NCBI RefSeq assembly: GCF_964355755.1
Contig: NC_092677.1
Location: 828,101-892,100, forward strand
DNA: 64,000 nucleotides
Direction of reading: 5' to 3'
Origin: Antedon mediterranea
Taxonomy: Eukaryota > Animalia > Echinodermata
In this document: piece by piece, positions 1 through 13,195 of the stretch
How the letters are laid out: each line of letters starts with the position of its first letter
Numbering within the stretch: the first letter of the stretch is position 1
Position numbers and translations under genes: made by a program
The notes under the pieces: generated by a model
Databases searched by the model: none
What the model saw: the letters and a program-made list of their open reading frames with translations, nothing else
Told to the model about the DNA's origin: nothing

Positions 1-2
1 TC

Positions 3-939
3 TGTCACACCAAAATCAGTCCGGGCCAAAATCGGTCCGGCGGACCAGTTTTGGCTGCCAAAATCAGTCCGGGGGACCATTTATGGCTGCCAAAACCTGT
101 CCGGCCGGACTAATTTTGGCCGCCAAAACTGGTCCGGCCTGGATAAAATCGGTCCGGGCAGTAGGACTGCTTTTGGCCGCCAAATATGGTCCGATCTTGC
201 AAATATATGGTGCGCAAAATGAGTCATAATGTATATATTATTTTAAAAGGCCATGATTAGTCATTATAATTTATATTGAAAACTACGGGGTTTTATTTGT
301 TATTTTAATATTATAAATTAAGCCTGTTTTTTTATCATCATTATTACTATTAGTAGTAACTCATCAATAATTAGTACTAATTTTTAGGTTTTTTGTGTAC
401 AATTAATTCTCTGTCTGTTTTTAATCCATTTTGTTCTTTTGTTTTTTTAACATCTTCGTTTCCCCATGATGTTAAAAACAATTTAATAATTTATTACTAA
501 TTTATGGTTAATCAATCAATATCAATTCAGTACAATCATTATAAAACAATTATCCAATATTGATTAGGCTGAGGAAGGAAAAAGGCCTCAATCATAAAAT
601 AATAAAATCTGGCTGGCAATATCAGCGTCTCATACCCGTTCATGTGACTGTGTGGCAGGCTGAAATATGAGTGAACACCTAAGTCATGTTTTTAGATAAA
701 ATACATTTATTTATAGTATTTATCCGACAAGATAACTTACTTATATATCTCATGGGATATTTTTCTAGCCATAAACAACTTAAAACAGCATCATAGGCCT
801 AGTAATTCAATTAAAATCGACAGAAGAAAAACCCGGACCGATTTTGGCAGTGGCGGACTGCTTTTGCCCACAACTTTAGAGCCAAAACTGGTCCGGCCGG
901 ACCGATTTTGGCCCCGGACCATATTTGTTTGTCGTGACA
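3..939. mobile_element. Non-autonomous TIR element (TGT...ACA ends, possibly Ginger-like) with palindromic subterminal repeats
   Basis: Starts TGTCAC (3) and ends GTGACA (939). Both arms (~10-200 and ~830-925) are built of repeated CCAAAATCGGTCCGG / GGACCGATTTTGG motifs around an AT-rich core. The right flank CCTTC ends in TC, like the two visible left-flank bases (possible 5-bp TSD cut by the window edge). Confidence 0.7.
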
Positions 940-2479
940 CCTTCTAGCTAGGCTACGTCTAGGCCTATGTATGTTAATATAAAATAAAATCAGTTAAAAA
1001 ACTAAGACGGTAGGCCTACCTAAATACTTAACCATGTTAACAATTATAATAGTGTAATACAATGTCATTTAATAAGATGTAGAAACCAGTTGATATATAT
1101 AAATAATTGAATAATAAACAGACGTTGTTAAAGGAATAGGGAGGAGTAATTGTTTTTTGAGGGGAAGGACATTTCAGTCTTGAAATTTCTAATATCCGGT
1201 GTTTATTTAAACTTTGTCATCATGGAATTTGCAATTTGTAGGCTAGTTGGAGGCCATATGGTAGGCCTAGGCCTATCTATATATAACATTGAAATAACAT
1301 TTAAATTGATAATATTATAATTGAAGTATAATTGTTATGCCATATTGCCAGTATAATTGTAAATTCTGAGTTGTATGATTTTTTTTTTTAATAAATAAAA
1401 TTTTCTGATGTTTGTTCATCAAATACAAATTGAAGTAAGAAATGACCAACCTGTGGAGTGTGGTGGTGTAAGCCTAGACCGCCTATATACATATTTTGTT
1501 TTAATGATTATTTTTCTTTTGTGTTAATAGGTTTTTACAAATATTGCTGATTTTAATGTCAATATGGAAGTTGTTCGTAATTTTGTCAGACTATCGACGG
1601 TGTCAATGTCAACAGCTAGGGGAAGCCCGAAGAAAACAGGGCTATCTTTGAATGGGACATTATAGAAGGTAATATTTTCTTTTGATTTAATCTAGGCCTA
1701 GGCTTATGTAGCACAGTTAGTTTAATGAACGGTGCTAGTTTCGTTTTGTACCTGAATTTTATTTCGACTCCAAATTTGTTAAGAAACTTTTTCCTGAATA
1801 CCACACCTTCGAATTAGACCTCATATATACTTTTACGATGTAGAGTTACAGAAAAAGTAACAAATAAATCCTTTAAATTGATGAATTTACGACGTGTTTC
1901 TTGCACATGATTTGTCAATTTTGCATATTGACGTTTTTATGGAGCGCCAAAAGAGCCACTATAATAGAAGGCTAAAAGTCAGTGAAATGTACGTGTATAG
2001 GCTATTCCTATTTAATGCATCTATAGTTTAATAAAATTGGAGAAAAAAGTTATTTACCTAAAAATAATGTAATTTAAGGCAAAAATAATCAAAATGGTTG
2101 CTTTTGGTTAAGATGTGAAAATCTTGTTTTTTTAAATTTTTTTATGGAAGTGATTACTTCATTAAAACTACAAAATGGGCTATTTAAAGTCTGATGTTAA
2201 TAACCTTTTTTTTTTTTTTAAATAATTTTTCATGTATTTGGGGGACAATGCATCTTTAAAATAGTATTTTATATCTATTTTGATTATTATAATGATTGTT
2301 TTGATTGCAGGTATCCTGTTGACATGTTAATGGAAAATGATGCTCTCTCTACTACACATAGGCCTACCAGAAGATCTACACTTTGATTTCAATGTTATAT
2401 ACATACCTCCAACACTGTTGAAAGGTAGTTCTTAACCCCTTTTCTTCCATTATAAGTGCTGATATTGTTAATTTGATTT

Positions 2480-4250
2480 GTCATAGCACCCGACACACCC
2501 AAGGCTGGTTCCCCCACCCCCACCATATAACTACATCGATACAATTAAGTAGGCTAATGCCTAATGTCAACACTTTTTTTATATTTTGGTGTTTCATAAG
2601 GTACACATTAATTGCATACCTTAGATTTGTTTGTCAACCTCAATGAATTATTATCAAGAGTTGGTTTTAAGTTCGGTTATCATAACCTTACTTCCCACTT
2701 CTAACATGAATAATTGTTTTGCTACTACACCTTCTGTCTCATTTATATAGCAATTTTTTACTTTGGTATTATTACTTTAAATTACTGAACCAACACTGAA
2801 TATCTCTGCTGCTTGAAGATTCCCTCTGTTAAAATTTTTCAATTATAATTTTATCAATTTAAATGTTTAAAAAACAATATATTATAAACCAACTAACCTA
2901 CAAAGTTTAATAAACACTGGATTTTAAAAACGTGAAGTCTGAAATGTTGTTCCCTGCAAATTTTTAAGTAATAAATTTCAGTAAATTTTTTTTTTAAATG
3001 ATGTAATTTGTTTCTAAATGAGGTAAATGATTAATGTAAATTTAATAATTTTGTATTTATAATCAGTGTAATTTGCTGCTAATTAAGATAAATAATGTAT
3101 ATTTTGTGTTATAATCTTTGTACTTTGTTGTTAATTAAGATAATTTAAAATCAGTGTAAATTATTAGTCATAGCACCCGACACTTTGGAGGCTGCTTCTC
3201 CCCACATAACTATGTCGATACATCACTATGTCATACAAGGCAATAAATACACTGTTTTGTTTTTTGAAATCATAACATGTGATGGTAAAACTGAATCTAT
3301 ATTATATATATTTGGATTTTCTTTTATATAATTATATTAATAAATAATAGTTTATAATTGAATATATACATCTGGTGAATATTTTATATCGACATAGATG
3401 TGGGCCTAATAACAAATAAATGGCACCTTTGTAAATTAAATAAATAATTATATTAACAAAAAATATACATTAATTGCATACCTTAGATTTGTCTGTGAAA
3501 CTCGATGAATTATTATCAAGGCTTGGTTTAACGTTCGGTTATCATAACTTTTCTCTAACATGAATAATCGTTTTGCTAGTACACCTTCTGTCTCATTTAT
3601 ATAGCAATTTTTTATTTTGGTATCATTACATTTCATTACTGAACCAACACCGAAGGATCTCCGCCCCTTAGAAGATTCCCTCCTTTCAAATTTTTCGACT
3701 ATGTACATCTTCAGTACTTTCGACATCCTTTCGACAACACCTTGACTTTACATTGACTTTCATTGAATTTTTGATTATAAGTTTATCAATTTCAATGTTT
3801 AAAAAACAATATGTTATAAACCATACAACTAGCCCACAAATTGCAAATTTCATGATCGGACAAAGTTTAAATAAACACTGGTTTTAAAAATGTCAAGTCT
3901 GAAATGTGTTTCCTCTCCAATTTTTAATTAACAATCAGTTCGAGTAAATTAGTTATAAAAAAATTGATGTAATTTGGTGTTAAATGATTAATGTAAATTT
4001 AATATGTTTATATTTATAATCAGTGTAATTTATTGCTAATTAAGATAAATAATTAATGTAAATTTGAATATTTTTTTAAATTTATAATTAGTGTAATTTA
4101 TTGGTAATTCAGATAAATTATTATTGGTGTAATTTGCTGCTAATTAAGATAAACAATGTAAATTTTGTATTATAATTTTTGTACTTTGTTGTTAATTAAG
4201 ATAATTTAAAATCAGTGTAATTTGTTGGTAAATTAGTTAAATGAAAAATA
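2480..4250. repeat. Diverged local tandem duplication
   Basis: TCATAGCACCCGACAC occurs at ~2481 and ~3168. The block ~2600-2970 (ACATTAATTGCATACCTTAGATTTG...GTCTGAAATGT) recurs at ~3467-3910, where it has an extra ~70 bp. Confidence 0.75.
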
Positions 4251-4680
4251 TAAATATAATAATTTTGCTAATTGAGATAAATTATTAATCTAAATTTAAT
4301 AATTTTGTATTATAATTGATGATTTTTTTTAAAAATTACAATAGATAATGTAAAGTGTAATCATTTTGTATAATCACTGTAATTTACTGCTAAAGATGTA
4401 AAGTTTGTATTATAATCTTTGTACTTTGTTGCTAATTAAAGATGATTTAAATTAGTGTAATTTGTTGGTAAATGAATAATATAAATATACTAATGTTATA
4501 TTTACAATCAGTGTAATTTGCTGCTAATTAAGATTTTAAAATCAGTTTTATTGTTGTTGTTTGTTGACTTAAATATATAATAATAATATAAATATAGGCC
4601 TAATAATGTTGTATTTTTAATCGGTGTAATTTGCTGCTAATTAAGATAAATAACTATTGTACTGTTTGCTACAAGATACC
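3960..4680. repeat. Degenerate AT-rich ~60-bp minisatellite
   Basis: Recurrent TATAATCAGTGTAATTTGCTGCTAATTAAGATAAATAATTAATGTAAATTT motif, also present at ~3000-3165. Confidence 0.7.
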
Positions 4681-5919
4681 TATTAAATGTCAGTATGATA
4701 TGATTTATTTGTTTTAGTCGTTTTTTTAAATGTTATTTTATTTTATGTAAGCCGTTAGTTGTGGTCATTATAATAATGATGTTACAAGAGTTTTGCAAAA
4801 TCAGCACATCGAGGGGCGCGTCAATAGGCTTGTGTAACTTTAGTACGTTGCAGTTTTGTTGTAAAACCTTTTAACGACCACGATAAGTTAACATTTGCAA
4901 GTTTCGCTGAGAAAACCGGTTGGGTATAATAATAAACAAGGAGCTAATGGTTCAATATATCAAGTTTTTTAATAGTGTTTGATAAAAGGGGCAGGTGCTT
5001 TTTTTTTTTTAGGAGTGTTCAAAAAGTGCGTGGTATGTGAGGAATTATTTTATCATTTCCAAAAGTGCGAGGCATAGTTTACAATTTCAAAAAGGTGCGA
5101 GGCATATCCTATTATGCTATATTATAGGCCTAAATAACCAACTGTTTATATTTTTATAATAGGCCTAGCGTATCTAAACAGATTGGTGTATATACCCATC
5201 ATGTTGTTTATTTTTATGTAACGATTGTTACATATTGATTGTGTCAAATTTTACTTTTACAAAAGTGCCGAACTGTTGAAAAATTTTGCATCTGTATGCG
5301 CCATATTTTAAAAATCTGAACGACAGTCTTCAAATTTCGATAAACAATAAACGACACTCATCAATTGACTGTTATGTCATGCTTGTTGGTATTTCGAGCG
5401 TGTGTACTTTACAAATTGATTACAATCGATTTAATTACATGTCTCTCAAACATAGCAGAGTGAAAATAATATTGTCTCACCCCGGTAGATCTGAGAGATA
5501 GAAAATCCCTCCCTGAGAGGATTCGGCCTTGTGGCACGAGGTTTCAGCACCAACGCACAGCCTTCTCTCTCTGAGCGGCGTGCCAAAGACATTTTTGACA
5601 TTCCATTCTCTAGGAAATCAACACGTGTACCTCTCTCGGAAATAAAGTGAACAGCGATGGCCAGGACAAGTTCAATAACTGGCGGTGAATAAAAGGTAAC
5701 TGATATGCCGATCTAATAACATGCCGCAAAGAAAAAAAAACTGCGAGAGAATTCTGGAACGTGTGTGAAAAAGACTTACGCCCGAAAACTAGGCCTAAAC
5801 AAAAATTAAACTTTAGCTAATAATATGCCTAGCACTAATCTAGACCACCCTTCAACACATTGATATTATTTAATTTTGTATTTAGTTTAATTTGGTGCTA
5901 GTTAAAATAAAATTTATTT

Positions 5920-6590
5920 AATAATTAATGTAAATTTAATGATTTTGTACTTAAAGTCAGTGTCAGTTGCTAAATGAGTTAAATGTTTTTATATTTATAA
6001 TCAGTGTAATTTGCTGCTAATAAATATTTAATGTAGCTTTAATTTTGTATTTATAATTAGTGTAATTTATTGCTAATAAAGATAAATAATTAATATAAAT
6101 TTAAAAAATATTTTTTTATTGGTAATTGAGATAAATTATTAATGTCAATTTAATGATTTTGTATGTATAATTGGTGAAATTTTTGCTGATTGTAATACAT
6201 CATTATGTAAAGTGTAATAATTGTGTATTATCAGTGTAGTTTGTTGGTAAATGAGTTAAGTAATTAATGTAAATTTAATAGTTTTGTATTTATAATCAGT
6301 GGAATTTGCTGCTAATTAAGATAATATATAATGTACGTAAATTTGGTATTATAATCAGTGTAATTTGTTGTAAATAATAATAAATAATATAAATATAGGC
6401 CTAATAATGTTGTATTTATAATCGGTGTAATTTGCTGCTAATTAAGATGAATAATTAATGTTCTGTTTGCTACAAGACAACTATTAAATGTCATTATGAT
6501 ATGATTTAATTGTTTTACTCGTTTTTTTTTTTTTTATTGCATTTTATGTAAGCCGTTAGTCCTTATGGGATGGCAAAATCAGCATTGTAG
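5920..6590. repeat. Second block of the AT-rich ~60-bp minisatellite, ending in a copy of ~4570-4800
   Basis: Same CAGTGTAATTTGCTGCTAATTAAG motif. 6380-6560 matches ~4580-4760 (ATAGGCCTAATAATGTTGTA...GTAAGCCGTTAGT). Confidence 0.7.
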
Positions 6591-8019
6591 TTGTCAAGAG
6601 TTGTCAAAACAACAATGCAATATATATTTTTTATTAAATGATTTGCATAAAATCAATAATTAAATATCAAAATAGAATTTAATATGATTGGTTTTTTTTT
6701 CATGAAAACACAACCTTTGGTCCAGGCTCAGATTGCGAGTGTGACCTTCACAAAAAGTTGTATACTTCCTAATCTATGGTGGCGCCGCATCGGATGGACA
6801 ATCAGAGCCATATGCTTTGTGGACAATATTACTGGTACAGGAAAAACCGCTTGTGATTATTATATATTTTGGTACATACCACCTCCATATATCACTTGAT
6901 GACGTCATGATACCAGATAGACAACATGAATTCATATCTACAATTCAACAACTTCCATATTAAATTTTAATCATTTGGGTCACTTTTCATTCCGATGAGA
7001 TCTAAACAGATTAAAATATACTCTAATAGATAAAATTAAGCAACTGATGTTATTCTAATTTTTTTTATGATGACGTAATGAAAATTAAAAAATGTTTAAC
7101 ATGTGAAGGAAAATTGATTTCTGTGGAACATTACATTTGTTTTTTCAATAGGAAGTTAGCGCACGATATAAATTAAACTTTTATGGTGAAAATGTGGTGA
7201 ATTGTGTCTGGGCCTAGGCCAACAGCATTTATGTTACTTTTGGCGACGATTGCGTGCCATATTAGTGAAGAACAACGTGGTTACACCTCCATGTTGGATT
7301 TGTAATAATTTATTATAGTATTGCTCCCGATATTGCTTCGCAATTTTATTTGTTAAAACGAACATATAGCCTATATTACAAAAAGTTTAAACACAATTGT
7401 GTTAAATATAATAGTAAGAAATAGGTAAGATATATTTTGCTTAATTTGGATTTTTGATTTGTAATATTTAATTGCTTTTGTGTTTGTCATCAACATGAAA
7501 TGGCCTAACTAAGATAGGCCTAGGCTAGTCGTATCCCGGATTACCTCTTCAGGAAGGCCTAGACCTAGCCTTGATTTAGCTGTACAGTACTGTAGTACTG
7601 TAGAGGCATAATGACGCTAGCTTAGTTCCACTTTGCATCTGGCTTATAATTATATATTAACTCCTAATTTGTTAACAAACTTTATCTTGAATACCATGCC
7701 TTAAAATTAACACCGGTATAATTATAGCCTACTACTGTACTACTAGTCTTAGTTTAGAGGTCTTAATAGCATTGTGTTAGCAAGGTGAGCCTGCTTTGTA
7801 AAGTTCTCTTCTATGCCTACTAGCCTAGGTAGGGGCTAGGCCTAGTTTTTAGTTGTATAAGTTCCTAAAGAGAAGAAACAACGACTCGTTGAACAAGCTT
7901 ACAGTAGCAAGTAGCCTGGGTTTAGGCTAGTCTATAGTCTAGTAAGTAGTAGTGTAGGTCAATTCAGTTCACTTTTTCACTTGTCTTATGTCATTAGCCT
8001 ATATATTTTTGTCTTGTAG

Positions 8020-8089
8020 TTGTTGGAAGAGATACAAGTACAGTAATAACATTATTGTTTCTACAGTACTTCATAATCTCTAGAATATT
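8020..8089 (+). other. Putative non-coding leader exon 2 of the transposase transcript (copy 1)
   Basis: Acceptor tttttgtcttgtag| and donor |gtaagt. Splice signals are conserved in copy 2 (34177-34226) and copy 3 (55403-55452). An upstream donor AAGAAATAG|gtaaga is conserved at 7425, 32809 and 54853 despite diverged flanks. Confidence 0.6.
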
Positions 8090-8159
8090 GTAAGTAGTGA
8101 ACATAAAATAAATAATTTGTAGAGATGATTTATGGTCTCGTGATTGGGAGAGAAGTGTT

Positions 8160-11100
8160 GCCTGTTATTTTGTAGGCATTTACTATTATGAAACATTTAC
8201 ATAATTCAGATTTTATTGTTTGTGATCAAACTATTAAATGAAATTACCATTGAGACAACACGTAGGCCCCAATCAGCCGACCCATACCCAAAGTCATTTT
8301 GAGGAAATTTCTTAATTTTTCAGACATTGATTAAGAAGCTTGTTGATTTGGAAAAAGTGTTAATGTTGTTTATTACCATTATCAACGTTTTTCCTTGTTT
8401 TTTTTAGATTGTAGAAAATATACAGTTTTAGCTACAGCTGTGAGTATCAGTAGATTATTTGTTAAACGGAGAAAACATATTTTCCTTACTTTGTGAACTG
8501 TTGCCTGCCCTAATCAGTCGTCTCATACCCAAAGTCATTTTGAGGAAATTTCTTAATTTTTCAGACATTGATTAAGAAGCTTGTTGATTTGGAAAAAGTG
8601 TTAATGTTGTTTATTGCCATTATCAATGTTTTTCCTTGTTTTTTTTTAGATTGTAGAAAATATACAGTTTCAGCTACAGCTGTGAGTATCAGTAGATTAT
8701 CTGTTAAACGGAGAAAACATATTTTCCTTACTTTGTGAACTGTTGCCTGTTATTTTGTAGGCATTTTATATTATGAAACATTTACATAATTCAGATTTTA
8801 TGGTTTGTGAATAAGATATTAAATGAAAGTAGTATTGAGACAACATGTAGACCCCAATCAGCCGGCCCATACCCAAAGTTATTTTGAAGAAATTTTTAAA
8901 TTTTTCAGACATTGATTAAGAAGCATGTTGATTTAGCAAAAGGGTTAATGTTGATTATTGTCATTATCAATGTTTTTCCTTGTTGTTTTTAGATTGTAGA
9001 AAATATACAGTGTTAGCTACAGCTGTGAGTAGATTATTTGTTAAACGGAGAAAACATATTTTCCTTACTTTGTGAACAGTTGCCTGTTATTTTGTAGACA
9101 TTTTCTATTATGAAACATTTACATCATTCAGATTTTATGGTTTGTGAATAAAATATTAAATGAAATTAGCATTGAGACAACATGTAGGCCCCAATTAGCC
9201 GACCCATACCCAAAGTCATTTTGAGGAAATTTCTTAATTTTTCAGACATTGATTAAGAAGCTTGTTGATTTGGAAAAAGTGTTAATGTTGTTTATTGCCA
9301 ATTATTAATGTTTTTCCTTGTTTTTTTTTTTAGATTGTAGAAAATATACAGCGTCAGCTACAGCTGTGAGTATTAGTAGATTATCTGTTAAACAGAGAAA
9401 ACATATTTTCCTTACTTTGTGAACTGTTGCCTGTTATTTTGTAGGCATTTTCTATTATGAAACATTTACATCATTCAGATTTTATGATTTGTGAATAAAA
9501 TATTAAATGAAATTAGCATTGAGACAACATTTAGGCCCCAATTAGCCGACCCATGCCCAAAGTCATTTTGAGGAAATTTCTTAATTTTTCAGACATTGAT
9601 TAAGAAGCTTGTTGATTTGGAAAAAGTGTTAATGTTGTTTATTACCATTATCAATGTTTTTCCTTGTTTTTTTTAGATTGTAGAAAATATACAGTTTTAG
9701 CTACAGCTGTGAGTATCAGTAGATTATTTGTTAAACGGAGAAAACATATTTTCCTTACTTTGTGAACTGTTGCCTGCCCTAATCAGTCGTCTCATACCCA
9801 AAGTCATTTTGAGGAAATTTCTTAATTTTTCAGACATTGATTAAGAAGCTTGTTGATTTGGAAAAAGTGTTAATGTTGTTTATTGCCATTATCAATGTTT
9901 TTCCTTGTTTTTTTTTAGATTGTAGAAAATATACAGTTTCAGCTACAGCTGTGAGTATCAGTAGATTATCTGTTAAACGGAGAAAACATATTTTCCTTAC
10001 TTTGTGAACTGTTGCCTGTTATTTTGTAGACATTTTCTATTATGAAACATTTACGTAATTCAGATTTTATTGTTTGTGATCAAACAATTAAATGAAATTA
10101 CCATTGAGACAACATGTAGGCCGCAATCAGCCGGCCCATACCCAAAGTCATTTTGAGGAAATTTCCTAATTTTTTAGACATTGATTAAGAAGCATGTTGA
10201 TTTGGAAAAAGTGTTAATGTTGTTTAGTGCCATTATCAATGTTTTTCCTTGTTTTTTTTAGATTGTAGAAAATTAACAGTTTCAGCTACAGCTGTGAGTA
10301 TTAGTAGATTATCTGTTAAACGGAGAAAACATATTTTCCTTACTTTGTGAACTGTTGCCTGTTATTTTGTAGGCGTTTTATATTATGAAACATTTACATA
10401 ATTCAGATTTTATGGTTTGTGAATAAAATATTAAATGAAATTAGTATTGAGACAACATGTAGACCCCAATCAGCCGGCCCATACCCAAAGTTATTTTGAG
10501 GAAATTTCTTAATTTTTCAGACATTGATTAAGAAGCATGTTGATTTAGGAAAAGGGTTAATGTTGTTTATTGCCATTATCAATGTTTTTCCTTGTTGTTT
10601 TTAGATTGTAGAAAATATACAGTGTTAGCTACAGCTGTGAGTATTAGTAGATTATCTGTTAAACGGAGAAAACATATTTTCCTTACTTTGTGAACAGTTG
10701 CCTGTTATTTTGTAGACATTTTCTATTATGAAACATTTACATCATTCAGATTTTATGGTTTGTGAATAAAATATTAAATGAAATTAGCATTGAGACAACA
10801 TTTAGGCCCCAATTAGCCGACCCATGCCCAAAGTCATTTTGAGGAAATTTCTTAATTTTTCAGACATTGATTAAGAAGCTTGTTGATTTGGAAAAAGTGT
10901 TAATGTTGTTTATTACCATTATCAACGTTTTTCCTTGTTTTTTTTAGATTGTAGAAAATATACAGTTTTAGCTACAGCTGTGAGTATCAGTAGATTATTT
11001 GTTAAACGGAGAAAACATATTTTCCTTACTTTGTGAACTGTTGCCTGTTATTTTGTAGGCATTTTATATTATGAAACATTTACATAATTCAGATTTTATG

Positions 11101-12600
11101 GTTTGTGAATAAAATATTAAATGAAATTAGCATTGAGACAACATGTAGGCCCTAACCAGCCGTCCCATACCTAAAGTCATTTTGAGGAAATTTCTTAATT
11201 TTTCAGACCTCGATTAAGAAGCATGTTGATTTGGAAAAGTGTTAATGTTGTTTATTGCCAATTATTAATGTTTTTTCTTGTTTTTTTTTTAGATTGTAGA
11301 AAATATACAGTGTCAGCTACAGCTGTGAGTATTAGTAGATTATCTGTTAAACGGAGAAAACATATTTTCTTTACTTTGTGAACCGTTGCCTGTTATTTTG
11401 TAGGCATTTTCTATTATGTAATATTCACATCATTCAGATTTTATGGTTTGTGAATAAAATATTAAATGAAATTAGCATTGAGACAACATGTAGGCCGCAA
11501 TCAGCCGGCCCATACCCAAAGTCATTTTGAGGAAATTTCCTAATTTTTCAGACATTGATTAAGAAGCATGTTGATTTGGAAAAAGTGTTAATGTTGTTTA
11601 GTGCCATTATCAATGTTTTTCCTTGTTTTTTTTAGATTGTAGAAAATTAACAGTTTCAGCTACAGCTGTGAGTATTAGTAGATTATTTGTTAAATGGAGA
11701 AAACATATTTTCCTTACTTTGTGAACTGTTGCCTGTTATTTTGTAGGCGTTTTATATTATGAAACATTTACATAATTCAGATTTTATGGTTTGTGAATAA
11801 GATATTAAATGAAAGTAGTATTGAGACAACATGTAGACCCCAATCAGCCGGCCCATACCCAAGGTTTTTTTGAGGAAATTTTTTAATTTTCAGACATTGA
11901 TTAAGAAGCATGTTGATTTAGCAAAAGGGTTAATGTTGTTTATTGCCATTATCAATGTTTTTCCTTGTTGTTTTTAGATTGTAGAAAATATACAGTGTTA
12001 GCTACAGCTGTGAGTATTAGTAGATTATCTGTTAAACGGAGAAAACATATTTTCCTTACTTTGTGAACAGTTGCCTGTTATTTTGTAGGCATTTTCTATT
12101 ATGAAACATTTATGGCATTCAGATTTTATGGTTTGTGAATAAAATATTAAATGAAATTAGCATAGAGACAACATGTAGGCCCTAACCAGCTGTCTCATAC
12201 TCAAAGTCATTTTGAGGAATTTCTTAATTTTTCAGACATTGATTAAGAAGCATGTTGATTTGGAAAAAGTGTTAATGTTGTTTATTGCCAATTATTAATG
12301 TTTTTCCTTGTTTTTTTGTTTTAGATTGTAGAACATATACAGTGTCAGCTACAGCTGTGAGTATTAGTAGATTATCTGTTAAACGGATAAAACATATTTT
12401 CTTTAGTTTGTGAACCGTTGGCATTGATTAAGAAGCATGTTGATTTTGAAAAAGTGTTAATGTTGTTTATTTGCCATTATTAATGATTTTCCTTTTATTT
12501 TTTAGATTGTAGTTGTACAGAAAATATACAGTGTCAGTTACAGCTGTGAGTATTAGAAAATTATCTGTAAAACGGAAAAAACATATTTTCCTTACTTTAT
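8160..12600 (+). repeat. ~343-bp tandem array (copy 1) with 14 micro-exon-like cores
   Basis: TACAGCTGTGAG core at about 8431, 8672, 9017, 9358, 9701, 9942, 10286, 10629, 10971, 11315, 11659, 12001, 12347 and 12538. Two units are ~241-bp deletion variants. Confidence 0.95.
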
Positions 12601-13195
12601 GCCCTCCCTTAATTGATAAACATGGGTTGTTTGTAAATTTACTATACTGAGTGACCAAATATTTTTGTGTATAAAATTCTATTTTATTAGAACATTGAAT
12701 AATTAAACCTATTTTCAGATTAATTTTGAAGGTGAAATTTTTATGAAAGAATTTGTTTCCGACACATTCCATGTAATGAAGTTTTGACATATTTTTAGGT
12801 CAAAATATCTTCTATAGTGATTTATTTATATTGTATAAACCAAAGTCACAAATATATTATCACCGTTTACTTCAAAATTTGGGACAATCATCCTTTTTAA
12901 CATAAATGTGGTGGTCAGTTTCTCCAGACATAAATTTGCAATTTTATAAAATGGGTCTCTATCCTAAATTTAGTAGTGAGTTGGTCCTAATTTGTTTTGC
13001 TAGGCCCAATAGATCATGTTACATTCCACAAGGGGGATATGTATATTATTATTTAGGTATTTGTAAAAACACTGATTTATCTACTGATTCAATTTATAAT
13101 TGTTTGACTGGAATTCTTAGTACTGTACCGTGTATCTTAAAATTAATAACTAACTCTTTTTTTTTTTCTTTTATTGTAGGTGACTGTCTTATATA

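Noticed and set aside
3448-3726. 92-aa minus-strand ORF
   Set aside because: No recognisable motif, and the duplicate at ~2600-2850 is disrupted; at most a decayed fragment.
4780-5800. GC-richer segment with short AAAAGTGCGAGGCAT repeats, possible further TE
   Set aside because: Could not identify termini, TSD or coding signal by eye.
8160-12600. CRISPR-like array
   Set aside because: Whole units repeat with no unique spacers, there are no cas genes, and the context is eukaryotic.
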